A stretch of DNA of 64,000 bases from an uncultured Spirochaetota bacterium. GTDB taxonomy: Bacteria > Spirochaetota > Spirochaetia > SZUA-6 > Fen-1364. Within the stretch, counting starts at the first letter, position 1, and the number at the start of each line of letters is the position of its first letter. Positions 31,216 to 39,236 of this stretch are shown here, one piece after another. The notes under the pieces are model-generated. The model was not told the DNA's origin and made no database searches. It worked only from the letters and a program-made list of their open reading frames with translations. The position numbers were made by a program, and so were the translations under genes. The stretch lies in contig CAVTHO010000004.1 in the NCBI GenBank assembly GCA_963734545.1, positions 384,001-448,000 on the forward strand, read 5' to 3'.

Positions 31216-32187
31216 ATGAAAAATGACGTCACCGTGATCGGACCCCTGAACGTGGATATCCTGGTGCGCGGCGAGGCACCGCGCGAGCTCACCGTCCTCA
31301 CCGGCTGGGCAGGGCCGGCCGAAGTGGAGCTCGCCGTTGCAGGCTCGGTAGGCTACACGGTCCAGGATATGGCGAAGCTCGGCCTGAAAGTCTCTGTCAG
31401 CGGCTGTGTTGCAGACGACGTCTTCGGGCCGGTGATCCTTCGGCAGCTCGACCAGAACGGTGTGGGCACGGACTGGGTCACCACCGTGAAGGGCACGAGC
31501 AGCGGAATCGGGGTCTACGTCCTGGCCTTTGGCAGCAGAAAGCGCCCGCTCTTCTACCAGCTTCCCACGCACGACCCCTGGCCCCCGCGGTACGACGAGC
31601 GCCAGGTGGAGCGCATGCTGAGCTCCCGGCTCCTCCATAATGGAGGATTCCTGCACTTCCAGCAGATGTACGAGAGCGACATCGTGGAGCTCTTCTCCAG
31701 GGCTCGCGGCCGCGGTCTCATCACTTCCGTGGACAGCCAGTTTCCTTTGCACCCCATGAAGCCGCCCTGGATGCAGGTGATGCGCAGGGTTCTTCCCTCT
31801 CTCGATGTCCTGTTCTGCGATGAACACGAGGCGCGCGGTCTGACAGGGAATGAAGAGACGGAAGGTGCGGCCCGGATCCTGCTCGATTCAGGAGTCCGCA
31901 CAGTGGTCATCAAGCAGGGTGAGGCTGGATCCGATGTCTTCCAGCAGGGCTGGCATCACCACGAGCCGGCCTTTCACGCGGGCGAGCTCGTGGACAGCAT
32001 CGGTGCCGGTGACGCGTACGACGCCGGGTTCCTGGCGGCGCTGCTGGAAAAGCGGCCGCTGCAGGAATGCGCCCGGATGGGAAGCATCTGCGCCGGCTGC
32101 ACGGTGACGGCTGCCGGCGGCTGGGCCGGAATGCCGGACCGCAAAACGGCGGAAGGGATGCTGCGGAGATCTACTCCCTACTCGTAA
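31216..32187 (+). CDS. PfkB family carbohydrate kinase
   Basis: VIGPLNVD, VVIKQGEAG, VDSIGAGDAYDAGF. Confidence 0.92.
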   Translation: MKNDVTVIGPLNVDILVRGEAPRELTVLTGWAGPAEVELAVAGSVGYTVQDMAKLGLKVSVSGCVADDVFGPVILRQLDQNGVGTDWVTTVKGTSSGIGVYVLAFGSRKRPLFYQLPTHDPWPPRYDERQVERMLSSRLLHNGGFLHFQQMYESDIVELFSRARGRGLITSVDSQFPLHPMKPPWMQVMRRVLPSLDVLFCDEHEARGLTGNEETEGAARILLDSGVRTVVIKQGEAGSDVFQQGWHHHEPAFHAGELVDSIGAGDAYDAGFLAALLEKRPLQECARMGSICAGCTVTAAGGWAGMPDRKTAEGMLRRSTPYS

Positions 32188-32387
32188 AAAATCGTTACCG
32201 TTGTGTAGCGAGTGGCCGAGCCAAAGCTATGACCCACAGCGCATTCGCTCTGAGTAATAAAATGCAGCTTCTTCACCTCGGCAAGGAACTGGTTCAGCGC
32301 GGTTTCAAGCGGCTCGCTTTCGCCGCTGTCCGGCGCTTTCTTGTCCAGAATCATGCCACCGCGAGCTTCAAACACTTTTGCTTTCAT
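32178..32387 (-). CDS. Small hypothetical protein
   Basis: 69-aa ORF (MKAKVFEARGG...LNQFLAEVKKLHFITQSE...TIFYE) with a GGAG RBS. Confidence 0.5.
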   Translation of the reverse strand: MKAKVFEARGGMILDKKAPDSGESEPLETALNQFLAEVKKLHFITQSECAVGHSFGSATRYTTVTIFYE

Positions 32388-32433
32388 AGTGTATGTCTCC
32401 CTTGACCTTATGCTATCCGATTGGAGCACCAAG

Positions 32434-32613
32434 TCAAGCCAAGCGGCTGACAGAAGTATGACCCGCACCTGGTTGAATAGTCTCGCACGGCTGCAGCGAT
32501 TCCGCGAGGTCCCTCTGGATGATCGAATAGCTTGCCCCGCTGTCAAACAGAGCCATGCAGCGCCAGCGGGCCCGTGTCCCGACCAGCAGGATTTCCTTTT
32601 GCAGAACACTCGC
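32434..32613 (-). pseudogene. Truncated retropepsin-like (clan AA) aspartic protease
   Basis: ALFDSGASYSIIQRDLA (DSG motif); AGGAGG is followed by GCG where a start is expected; similarity ends after ~45 codons. Confidence 0.55.
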
Positions 32614-32758
32614 TGTGCCCTCCTGTCTGTGTATACAGGGGACTTTCAGCCGCTGCTTCATGGAAAGAGTATCCAGACTCAAAGGCGTGACGGTCAAGGT
32701 GCTGACACGCCCGGGCGCAGCCGTGCCCCCCGAGAGACTGAAGCCCCCCTGGTGGCAG

Positions 32759-33721
32759 CTACTTCTTCCCGCGGGTGGCCGAGCCCTCCTTCTGCTTGTA
32801 CCAGTCCCTCCAGACAATCCGGTAGATCGGGATCCACCTCGGCAGGTGCTTCAGGACAGGGATGAAGGGCACGAACAGCAGCAGGAGGAAGAACAGCACC
32901 ATCAGCGATCCGACGATCGCATCCGCGTTGGGATTCTCCTTGAGCGCGGGGAACTGGTACCAGATGGCGTAGGGCCAGAGCCACCAGGGGCCGGGTAGGT
33001 TTCCCACCTCGTGGGTAATTCCCCACTGGTCTCCCTCCATGTCGAGGGTGGCGGCCAGGTCCGAGTCAGGGCCCTCCTGGAAGAAGAGCATGGCTTTCGT
33101 GTTGTCCAGCGTGTACGGAAGCCTTTCGCTGCTGGTGAGTGCTCCTTCCAGCAGACCGGCCCGGGCCAGGGCGAGCATCCCGTACATCATGACCGGGACC
33201 GGCCCGTAGTCTCCGGCGGCTACCTTGACCTCGCCGTTTGCCTCTTCCGCCTTGTCCAGGCCGTCGCTGTAGGCCTTGGTCCAGGCCTTCTGCTTGTCTT
33301 CCGACGCGGCCTTCCACGCGGCGAGCGCGGCGGCAACGTCCTTGTTCAGCACCGCCACCTTCTCCAGCGGACCGATCACGAGGTCCTTCTGCGCGTCAAT
33401 GGGCTTTGTCACACCGAGGATGGTCGCCGGCGCAAAGCCGAAGACCTTCATGAGATTGTCGGTATCCTTCGTGTACGGAGGGCCGTAGGTCTGCAGGCCG
33501 CTCTCCCCCGAGAGGAAGTCCGTCGAGGCCTTGAGGAAATCCAGCGGGTGATCTTTCGCCACGTCCTCCCCGCGTACCGTGGGTGAATACGGAGAGCCGA
33601 AGATGATGGCCAGCACTATCACGATCACCGCCACCGCGCCGAGCGCCATGACCCCCTCGCGGAGGAGGTCGTAGGGCTTCATCGGGACACCGCGCATGTA
33701 TTCGTCTGATCGCTTGCTCAT
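32759..33721 (-). CDS. Cytochrome b subunit-IV-like membrane protein with a large extracytoplasmic insertion
   Basis: PYDLLRE + TM; ~190-aa loop; PGPWWLWPYAIWYQ (at the PEWY-equivalent position), TM, VPFIP; ATGA overlap with the cytochrome b gene. Confidence 0.65.
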   Translation of the reverse strand: MSKRSDEYMRGVPMKPYDLLREGVMALGAVAVIVIVLAIIFGSPYSPTVRGEDVAKDHPLDFLKASTDFLSGESGLQTYGPPYTKDTDNLMKVFGFAPATILGVTKPIDAQKDLVIGPLEKVAVLNKDVAAALAAWKAASEDKQKAWTKAYSDGLDKAEEANGEVKVAAGDYGPVPVMMYGMLALARAGLLEGALTSSERLPYTLDNTKAMLFFQEGPDSDLAATLDMEGDQWGITHEVGNLPGPWWLWPYAIWYQFPALKENPNADAIVGSLMVLFFLLLLFVPFIPVLKHLPRWIPIYRIVWRDWYKQKEGSATRGKK

Positions 33722-34323
33722 TTCGTTTTCTCTCCCTTTGCGGGGTAGGGGTGCACCGGACCCTCATGACGGATGAACAGGATGTGGAGCACCACCAGCG
33801 CCACAACCGCCGCGGGGAAAAAGGCCACGTGCAGCGTGAGAACCTGGCTGTAGTTCGTGGTGAAGAAGAAGCCGCCGACGCCCATGGCGTTCATGGCGTC
33901 CTTGGCCTCCACCGCGTGCCACTGCGCGGACCAGTTGGCCGCCGAAAGGTAGCCGGTGAACGCGGTGAAGATGGCTGCCCCCATTGTGACCACCCCGATC
34001 ATCCACGTCTTCCACCGTCCGTCCCGGAAAGCTCCGAGGAAGTATTTGACGGCGAGGTGCATCACCATGAACAGGAAGAACAACTGCGCCGACCAGAAGT
34101 GCAGGGAATGGAAAAACCTGCCGGTGGCGTTCACGTGGTACCAGGCAGGGCCGAAAATCGACTGGATCAGCCCGGTCAGCATCAGCATGACCAGGGAGCA
34201 CAGGGTGAACACTCCGAAGAGGTAGGCCACCGAGTTGACATATACCGGCAACCGGGTGGGCAGGATGTCATCCAGGGTCATGTTGTCCTTGATGAACTCC
34301 TGCGTCTTGCCAGTCATGCTCAT
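33718..34323 (-). CDS. Short cytochrome b6-like protein (4 TM, di-heme)
   Basis: YLFG..TG; SLHFWSA...MH; W.IG; FTGY; LH...LH heme-ligand pairs. Confidence 0.88.
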   Translation of the reverse strand: MSMTGKTQEFIKDNMTLDDILPTRLPVYVNSVAYLFGVFTLCSLVMLMLTGLIQSIFGPAWYHVNATGRFFHSLHFWSAQLFFLFMVMHLAVKYFLGAFRDGRWKTWMIGVVTMGAAIFTAFTGYLSAANWSAQWHAVEAKDAMNAMGVGGFFFTTNYSQVLTLHVAFFPAAVVALVVLHILFIRHEGPVHPYPAKGEKTK

Positions 34324-34511
34324 TTCCTGCCCCCTTTCTTCTCGCCGCGCTCGCGGCCGCGCTCGATCCACGCCGGCAGGCGCGCCCACGCGGCGCCGAA
34401 AAACGTGGCGATCAGTATCGCCCCCATGATGATGTTGGGGATTGACCAGTCGAATATGAGAAACCGGATGTGATGCACAACCGGAAGGACCTCGGGACCC
34501 GCAGCTTCCAT
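34320..34511 (-). CDS. Small single-TM protein, first gene of the cytochrome b operon
   Basis: Strong AGGAGGTGA RBS; one TM helix; ATGA overlap with the cytochrome b gene. Confidence 0.7.
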   Translation of the reverse strand: MEAAGPEVLPVVHHIRFLIFDWSIPNIIMGAILIATFFGAAWARLPAWIERGRERGEKKGGRK

Positions 34512-34643
34512 CGATCACCTCCTGATGAGACGAGACAGGTTGAATTCATCAAACATACTGACGGCGGAGGCGCGAACAAACAGAATTCGGAATTTTCCTG
34601 TCCCGCGCTGCGGGAGGCCGCGGGACTCGAGTTGCACGCTCCG

Positions 34644-34850
34644 TTACTCCCTCTGCACAACGGTGAAGCGGCACGAGCCGGACCGGCCATGCTCGTCTGT
34701 GACCCGAAGCACGTATGACCCGGGCTGCGCCTTCCAGAAGAATGCTTTCCCGGCAGCGCTCTGCCCCACGAAGGACTCACCCAGGAACCAGAACAGGGTC
34801 GTGGTATCGGACGGCACCACGGCAATGAACGGGATCTCTCCGCGATGAAA
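34644..34850 (-). pseudogene. 3' remnant resembling the penicillin-binding protein 1C C-terminal domain
   Basis: EIPFIAVVPSDTTTLFWFLGESFVGQSAAGKAFFWKAQPGSYVLRVTDEHGRSGSCRFTVVQRE*; in-frame stop directly upstream. Confidence 0.6.
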
Positions 34851-34944
34851 TCAGGGCACACACTGCACCCGGTGCGATTGGCGCGCGCACGGACATCAGG
34901 GTTGTTTTTAGGGGATCCCAGTCAGGGCCCGGCGCAACAAGGGC

Positions 34945-36378
34945 TCAAAGCGGGAATCTGCATTGCACGAACAGGTCGGAACCTCCGGCACTGGCCTTGT
35001 AGCGATCGAGCTCCGCCCCCTGGAGTGTTTTTCCCGCGGCCGCCAGCGATGCTTCTATCGGCTCGTCCTGCCGAATGACACGGCCGCGGCATTTCTCCTG
35101 GAGACGCTGCAGGAGAGGGGGGAACGGCATGTTCCATCTCTTTGCCCTGGCCGTCTGCTCGTTCACGGGAATCATGGCAACGAGGTCTGGACTCTTCATC
35201 AGCTCGAGGCCTTCCAGGCGAAGGGTGGCATTGTGGCTGGCATGGTGCCCGACCTTGTAGAACACGGTGCGCTGCAGCAGGTCCGCGGAGCTGACCACGG
35301 CAGTCTTCCCTTCGGCGTCCTTGACCGGGAAAGAAAGGTCCTGCCACGATGCCCAGTTTCCAATCTGTGCGTCTCCCGCGAAGAGCAGCACTTCCCCGGT
35401 GGCAACAAGCTCGAAGGCCAGCACGAGGCTCGTATTGTTCGTCCAACTGTCCAGGTCCAGCGCAAGCTGGCCGGCCGATGTGAGCCAATCATCATCGATG
35501 CGCCGCCAGGGGTCCACGGGATCCTGTCCAAATCCGTAGTACTTCCTGAAGAAATCATCCGAACGACTTTGCGCCTGCGCCGTGGGAATCATGTAGTATT
35601 CATCAAATGGGGCTGCCTGGCGCCGCCATTCGTCCACCGCACCATCAGCTCCCTGCGGCCCGAGGGCGGCAAGGAGCGCGCGGGCAGCATTCATCCGAAG
35701 CTCGTACGCCTCGCCCTTTCTGGGGAGCAATCGCCTCACGTATGCGGCATCCGCGGGCGGGCCCAGCACATAGACGCGAACGCCGTCCACTCCGGGCACC
35801 TTGAACGGCTCCTGCCCGGGCGTGAGGTAGCGGATCGGGCCGTGGGGCCCTGTGGTGAGCTGCTTCAGGGCGTCCTGGGTCGTCACGCCTCCAGCGGAAA
35901 GGACATCCCCGAAGAAGGAGGCCACGTGCACGACAGACTGGTACAGGAGCGGCTGGAGACCGGCCGCTCCCCACCTGCGCACCGCCTGGATCAAGGCGTT
36001 GAGCTGGAGCCCGAACTCATCCTTCAGCTCTTTGGCACGCGGGTTCTCCGGCTGCTCGGTCCATGCAAGCCAGATCTCTCCCATGGTGATCTTCTGGAAA
36101 ATCTCGCTGGCCTGGGAGAATCCTGAAAGATGGTCCCAGTGCTCGTGGGTGGCAACCACGACATCCAGCCGCCCCTTGGCGGTTTGTCGGACGTCCTCCA
36201 CGACCCGCTTCATCATGACAGCAGCGTCTTTGGCGCCCTGGATGACGCCGCAGTCGATCAGCATGTTCACGGGACCCGCGGAGCCGGAGAAGGTGACGAG
36301 GAAACAATCGCCAAGTCCCTGGCGATACATCCGGACCGTGACGTCGGGATGCGGCCGATCCATTGCTTTAGCCGGCAT
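34945..36378 (-). CDS. MBL-fold metallo-hydrolase (ComEC-like), no signal peptide
   Basis: GLGDCFL, LIDCG, ATHEHWDHLSG (HxHxDH), NNTSLVL, LLFAGDAQ, KVGHHASHNAT; start overlaps the upstream stop. Confidence 0.9.
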   Translation of the reverse strand: MPAKAMDRPHPDVTVRMYRQGLGDCFLVTFSGSAGPVNMLIDCGVIQGAKDAAVMMKRVVEDVRQTAKGRLDVVVATHEHWDHLSGFSQASEIFQKITMGEIWLAWTEQPENPRAKELKDEFGLQLNALIQAVRRWGAAGLQPLLYQSVVHVASFFGDVLSAGGVTTQDALKQLTTGPHGPIRYLTPGQEPFKVPGVDGVRVYVLGPPADAAYVRRLLPRKGEAYELRMNAARALLAALGPQGADGAVDEWRRQAAPFDEYYMIPTAQAQSRSDDFFRKYYGFGQDPVDPWRRIDDDWLTSAGQLALDLDSWTNNTSLVLAFELVATGEVLLFAGDAQIGNWASWQDLSFPVKDAEGKTAVVSSADLLQRTVFYKVGHHASHNATLRLEGLELMKSPDLVAMIPVNEQTARAKRWNMPFPPLLQRLQEKCRGRVIRQDEPIEASLAAAGKTLQGAELDRYKASAGGSDLFVQCRFPL

Positions 36379-38377
36379 ATTCTTCCCCTGCCTGGCGGTG
36401 GAGGAGCGCGAAGGACTCTTCATCTTTTTGTTCTTCATCCAGCGCAACTCCTGAAAAATAGGTCGCTTTCAGCGACATGCTTCCGCCTTCGCGCCGATAC
36501 CGGCGCTGTTCTTCAAGGCGCTTTTCATCACCAATCAGCTTGCGGATGCAGTACCTGAGGCTCAAAGTATCGAGGTCGAAGATGAGCGTGCATCCGCCGC
36601 GGAACGCAAACCTGGCTGCGTCAGGGGACTGATCGCCGGCCTCGAGCGGGACCATCCGTTTCTGTGTGATCGAAATGACGGCCTGGTTGAGGGTATCTCC
36701 GTCAGGCCCGATCCGCTGCGCGGGCCGAACAGAGTGGATTTCGAAGGCAGGCCGGCCGTCGCGCCCCAGGGTCATGCCCGGGGGAGCACTGCTGGAGTGC
36801 AGGGCCAGCCCGGTCACCTTGGCAAAAGGCCCTCTTTCCACATCGTCGGAGATTACCGTGTGGATGTCTCTTTGCGCCTCCCGAAGGTTGTTGAAGAGGT
36901 CCAGACGCGTGGGAGAGAAGTCAGCGGTCTTTCTCAGCAGATCCCGGAGCTTTTCAGCGATGGATCCGATGTCCTCCTGGAGAATCCCGTCCGAATGAGA
37001 TTCCTCATCCACCAGCTCCCGTACGAGGGGCCAGCGCAGGCTGTCCACGGAAAGAGTGCGCACGTCCGCGGGATATATCCCGCGGCGCCTGAACGCCTCT
37101 ATGACTGCAACGCGATATCGGAGATCGTCCTCCAGGACCAGGTCGGAGTCCGCGGTGATGAGCGCGCGCAGGTAGTCTCCGAAGGTTATGTCCACGGGTG
37201 GACAGTAGTCGAGAGCCCTGATGCACATGTTCAGGACGTGCTGGGCGGATTTCGATGCCTCTGAGGCAAGGCGATTGCAGAGGTCCGGATGGAGGGCTCC
37301 CGCCTCCAGCACTCCTGTTCCCCGGCTGGCAATGCGGAACAGGTCAGCCACGCGGGAGCGGTAGATGGACTGGAAGGCCTCGAAGATGGCGGCAACCAGT
37401 ATGGCGCCCCGGGCATGCGGCTCCACCATGGTCTGGTAATCCGCGGGTTGAGCGTCCTGACCGATGTACGAGCGCAGCGCCCCATAGTTGCCGATGGCCT
37501 GCCCGAACTGCTGGGCAAGCTGGCCCAGCAGGTTCTCACTGGACAGGTCTCCCCTTGTCTTTGCAATCTGGTTCCGCAGCACCTCGGGGAACGTGAAGTG
37601 CTGGAACAGGGCCACGATATCCGCAAACGCCTCGTGGAAGGCCAGTGCATCCGGGTGGGTGGGCTCGACGAACCTTCGGTGCAGGCCGTCCAGCAGGGCG
37701 TGTGTGGTCTCATGCGCCACGATGTCGTGGGACAGGCAGGAGAATACCATTCCACCGGGAAGGATCGCGCCGTTCTCACGGGGAGCGGCGGGGAAGTAGC
37801 CGAACAACAACGCCTTCTTGGAAGGGCTGTAGTACGCGTTGGCATCACGCAATGCGTGAGGATAGATCCGCAATTGCTGGACGTATCCTCCGTCTGGGAG
37901 CTCCGCCTCTCCCGCCTTCCAGCGGCGAGGCGCCCACAGCGCGGGCCGCCCGAGCGCCCGTTCGAAATTTCGGATCGTAGTCATGGCCACGGCATAGACC
38001 ATCTGTTGATGGAACTGCGGGTTGCCCTCCGAGGGAGCCAGGCCGTCCTGCGCCAGGATCTCGGGGCTGTCGAGGTCCACAGGTTCGTAAAAGCAGCCGC
38101 TGGCGGGATCCACATCTATCACCGCGACATACTCGCCCACAGGGCCCCTCTCGAGCCGCTGCGGAAGCTTCTCCTGGGCCGCAGCAGGGAGACCACGCGG
38201 CATGATCGGTTCCCAGGGGACCTTGAACACGACCTCATTGACGAGCGCCGTCTCCATCTGCTGTGAAAGGCTGGGATCAAGTGCGTAGCCTCGCAGGCGC
38301 CGGAACGCGGGCCGGGGACCCGGGCTCCTGCGCGTTCTGCCATCCCAGGGCGGGATCGACTGGTTTCTGGACATCAT
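36368..38377 (-). CDS. Cytoplasmic thermolysin-like (M4/gluzincin) metallopeptidase
   Basis: NAYYSP, DIVAHETTH (HExxH), AFHEAFAD (third ligand E), EPH.RG; no signal peptide. Confidence 0.88.
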   Translation of the reverse strand: MMSRNQSIPPWDGRTRRSPGPRPAFRRLRGYALDPSLSQQMETALVNEVVFKVPWEPIMPRGLPAAAQEKLPQRLERGPVGEYVAVIDVDPASGCFYEPVDLDSPEILAQDGLAPSEGNPQFHQQMVYAVAMTTIRNFERALGRPALWAPRRWKAGEAELPDGGYVQQLRIYPHALRDANAYYSPSKKALLFGYFPAAPRENGAILPGGMVFSCLSHDIVAHETTHALLDGLHRRFVEPTHPDALAFHEAFADIVALFQHFTFPEVLRNQIAKTRGDLSSENLLGQLAQQFGQAIGNYGALRSYIGQDAQPADYQTMVEPHARGAILVAAIFEAFQSIYRSRVADLFRIASRGTGVLEAGALHPDLCNRLASEASKSAQHVLNMCIRALDYCPPVDITFGDYLRALITADSDLVLEDDLRYRVAVIEAFRRRGIYPADVRTLSVDSLRWPLVRELVDEESHSDGILQEDIGSIAEKLRDLLRKTADFSPTRLDLFNNLREAQRDIHTVISDDVERGPFAKVTGLALHSSSAPPGMTLGRDGRPAFEIHSVRPAQRIGPDGDTLNQAVISITQKRMVPLEAGDQSPDAARFAFRGGCTLIFDLDTLSLRYCIRKLIGDEKRLEEQRRYRREGGSMSLKATYFSGVALDEEQKDEESFALLHRQAGEEYAG

Positions 38378-38449
38378 ACTTCTTTACTCACTCCATTCTG
38401 AATGACATCAGCATGAACCCGAAACATTGGGCCGTCAAGTGGTGAGCTC

Positions 38450-38483
38450 TTCGCAGATGCTCCAGAGCCGTTCTTCGGTCTCG
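38450..38483. repeat. 34-bp direct repeat, copy 1 (displaced SDR 3' end)
   Basis: TTCGCAGATGCTCCAGAGCCGTTCTTCGGTCTCG identical to 40577-40610. Confidence 0.92.
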
Positions 38484-38495
38484 GATTTGCCCCAG

Positions 38496-38912
38496 CTACG
38501 CCGGCGATGCCCGGACGTGACCCTCGGCAGCATACTGGAGGATAGGATCGTCCCGTGTCAGCAGCACGGCCCCCAGCTCTCGGGCCGTTGCCACGATGAG
38601 CCGATCAGCCGGGTCTCCGCGAAAGACCCCGGGAAGACGGGAACTGCGGACGCAGATTGAGGGTGTGAGCGGCATCAAGGACAGCCCCGGCAGGCCGAAG
38701 GCTTGCTCGATCCACTCCTCGCAGGGGATGTCGAAGCGGAGCCGACCCCTGGCCTCCAGCATGCCGACCTCCCAGGCTGAGATGACGCTGACGCGCAGGA
38801 AAGACTCCTCCCCCGCGCGCTCCATGAGCTCCACCGCCTCAGGTCGGACGCCTGAGCGGCCTTCCATCAGCCACACCCATACATGAGTGTCCAGGAGGAC
38901 TGGCCTATCCAC
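38496..38912 (-). CDS. vapC: PIN-domain toxin
   Basis: LLDTHVWVW, SVISAWE, DPADRLIVATA, LLTRD. Confidence 0.93.
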   Translation of the reverse strand: MDRPVLLDTHVWVWLMEGRSGVRPEAVELMERAGEESFLRVSVISAWEVGMLEARGRLRFDIPCEEWIEQAFGLPGLSLMPLTPSICVRSSRLPGVFRGDPADRLIVATARELGAVLLTRDDPILQYAAEGHVRASPA

Positions 38913-39162
38913 GTTCTGCCTCCCAGGCTTCCCCCGTTGGGCTCACTATGTCGCCTTCCTCAACCACATGCCCGGCGAAACAGCCGAACAGCCTCCGCGG
39001 TTTCTCCACGTCCAATGGGACGAGCCGGGCAACGGCCTTGCCCCGTTTCGTGATGGTGATCACCTGGTGTGTCCGGTTCACCTGGTCGATCAGGGAAAGG
39101 CACCGGGCTTTGAACTGCCCTGCCGGAACCGTCATCTCGTCCTTGTTTGTGACCATGGACAT
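38905..39162 (-). CDS. Phd/YefM antitoxin
   Basis: AGQFKARCLSLIDQV...ITITKRGKAVARLVP; overlaps vapC; TGACCATGG twice (39150-39172) as a likely operator. Confidence 0.88.
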   Translation of the reverse strand: MSMVTNKDEMTVPAGQFKARCLSLIDQVNRTHQVITITKRGKAVARLVPLDVEKPRRLFGCFAGHVVEEGDIVSPTGEAWEAERG

Positions 39163-39236
39163 ATGACCATGGTAATATATATTGCACGCTTCGTCAAGCT
39201 TCGCTATGACACGGTCTATCGCTCCTCCCTGCGGCG

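Noticed and set aside
34945-36378. Beta-lactamase or competence ComEC call for the MBL protein
   Set aside because: No signal peptide and no membrane competence domain; size and operon context do not fit
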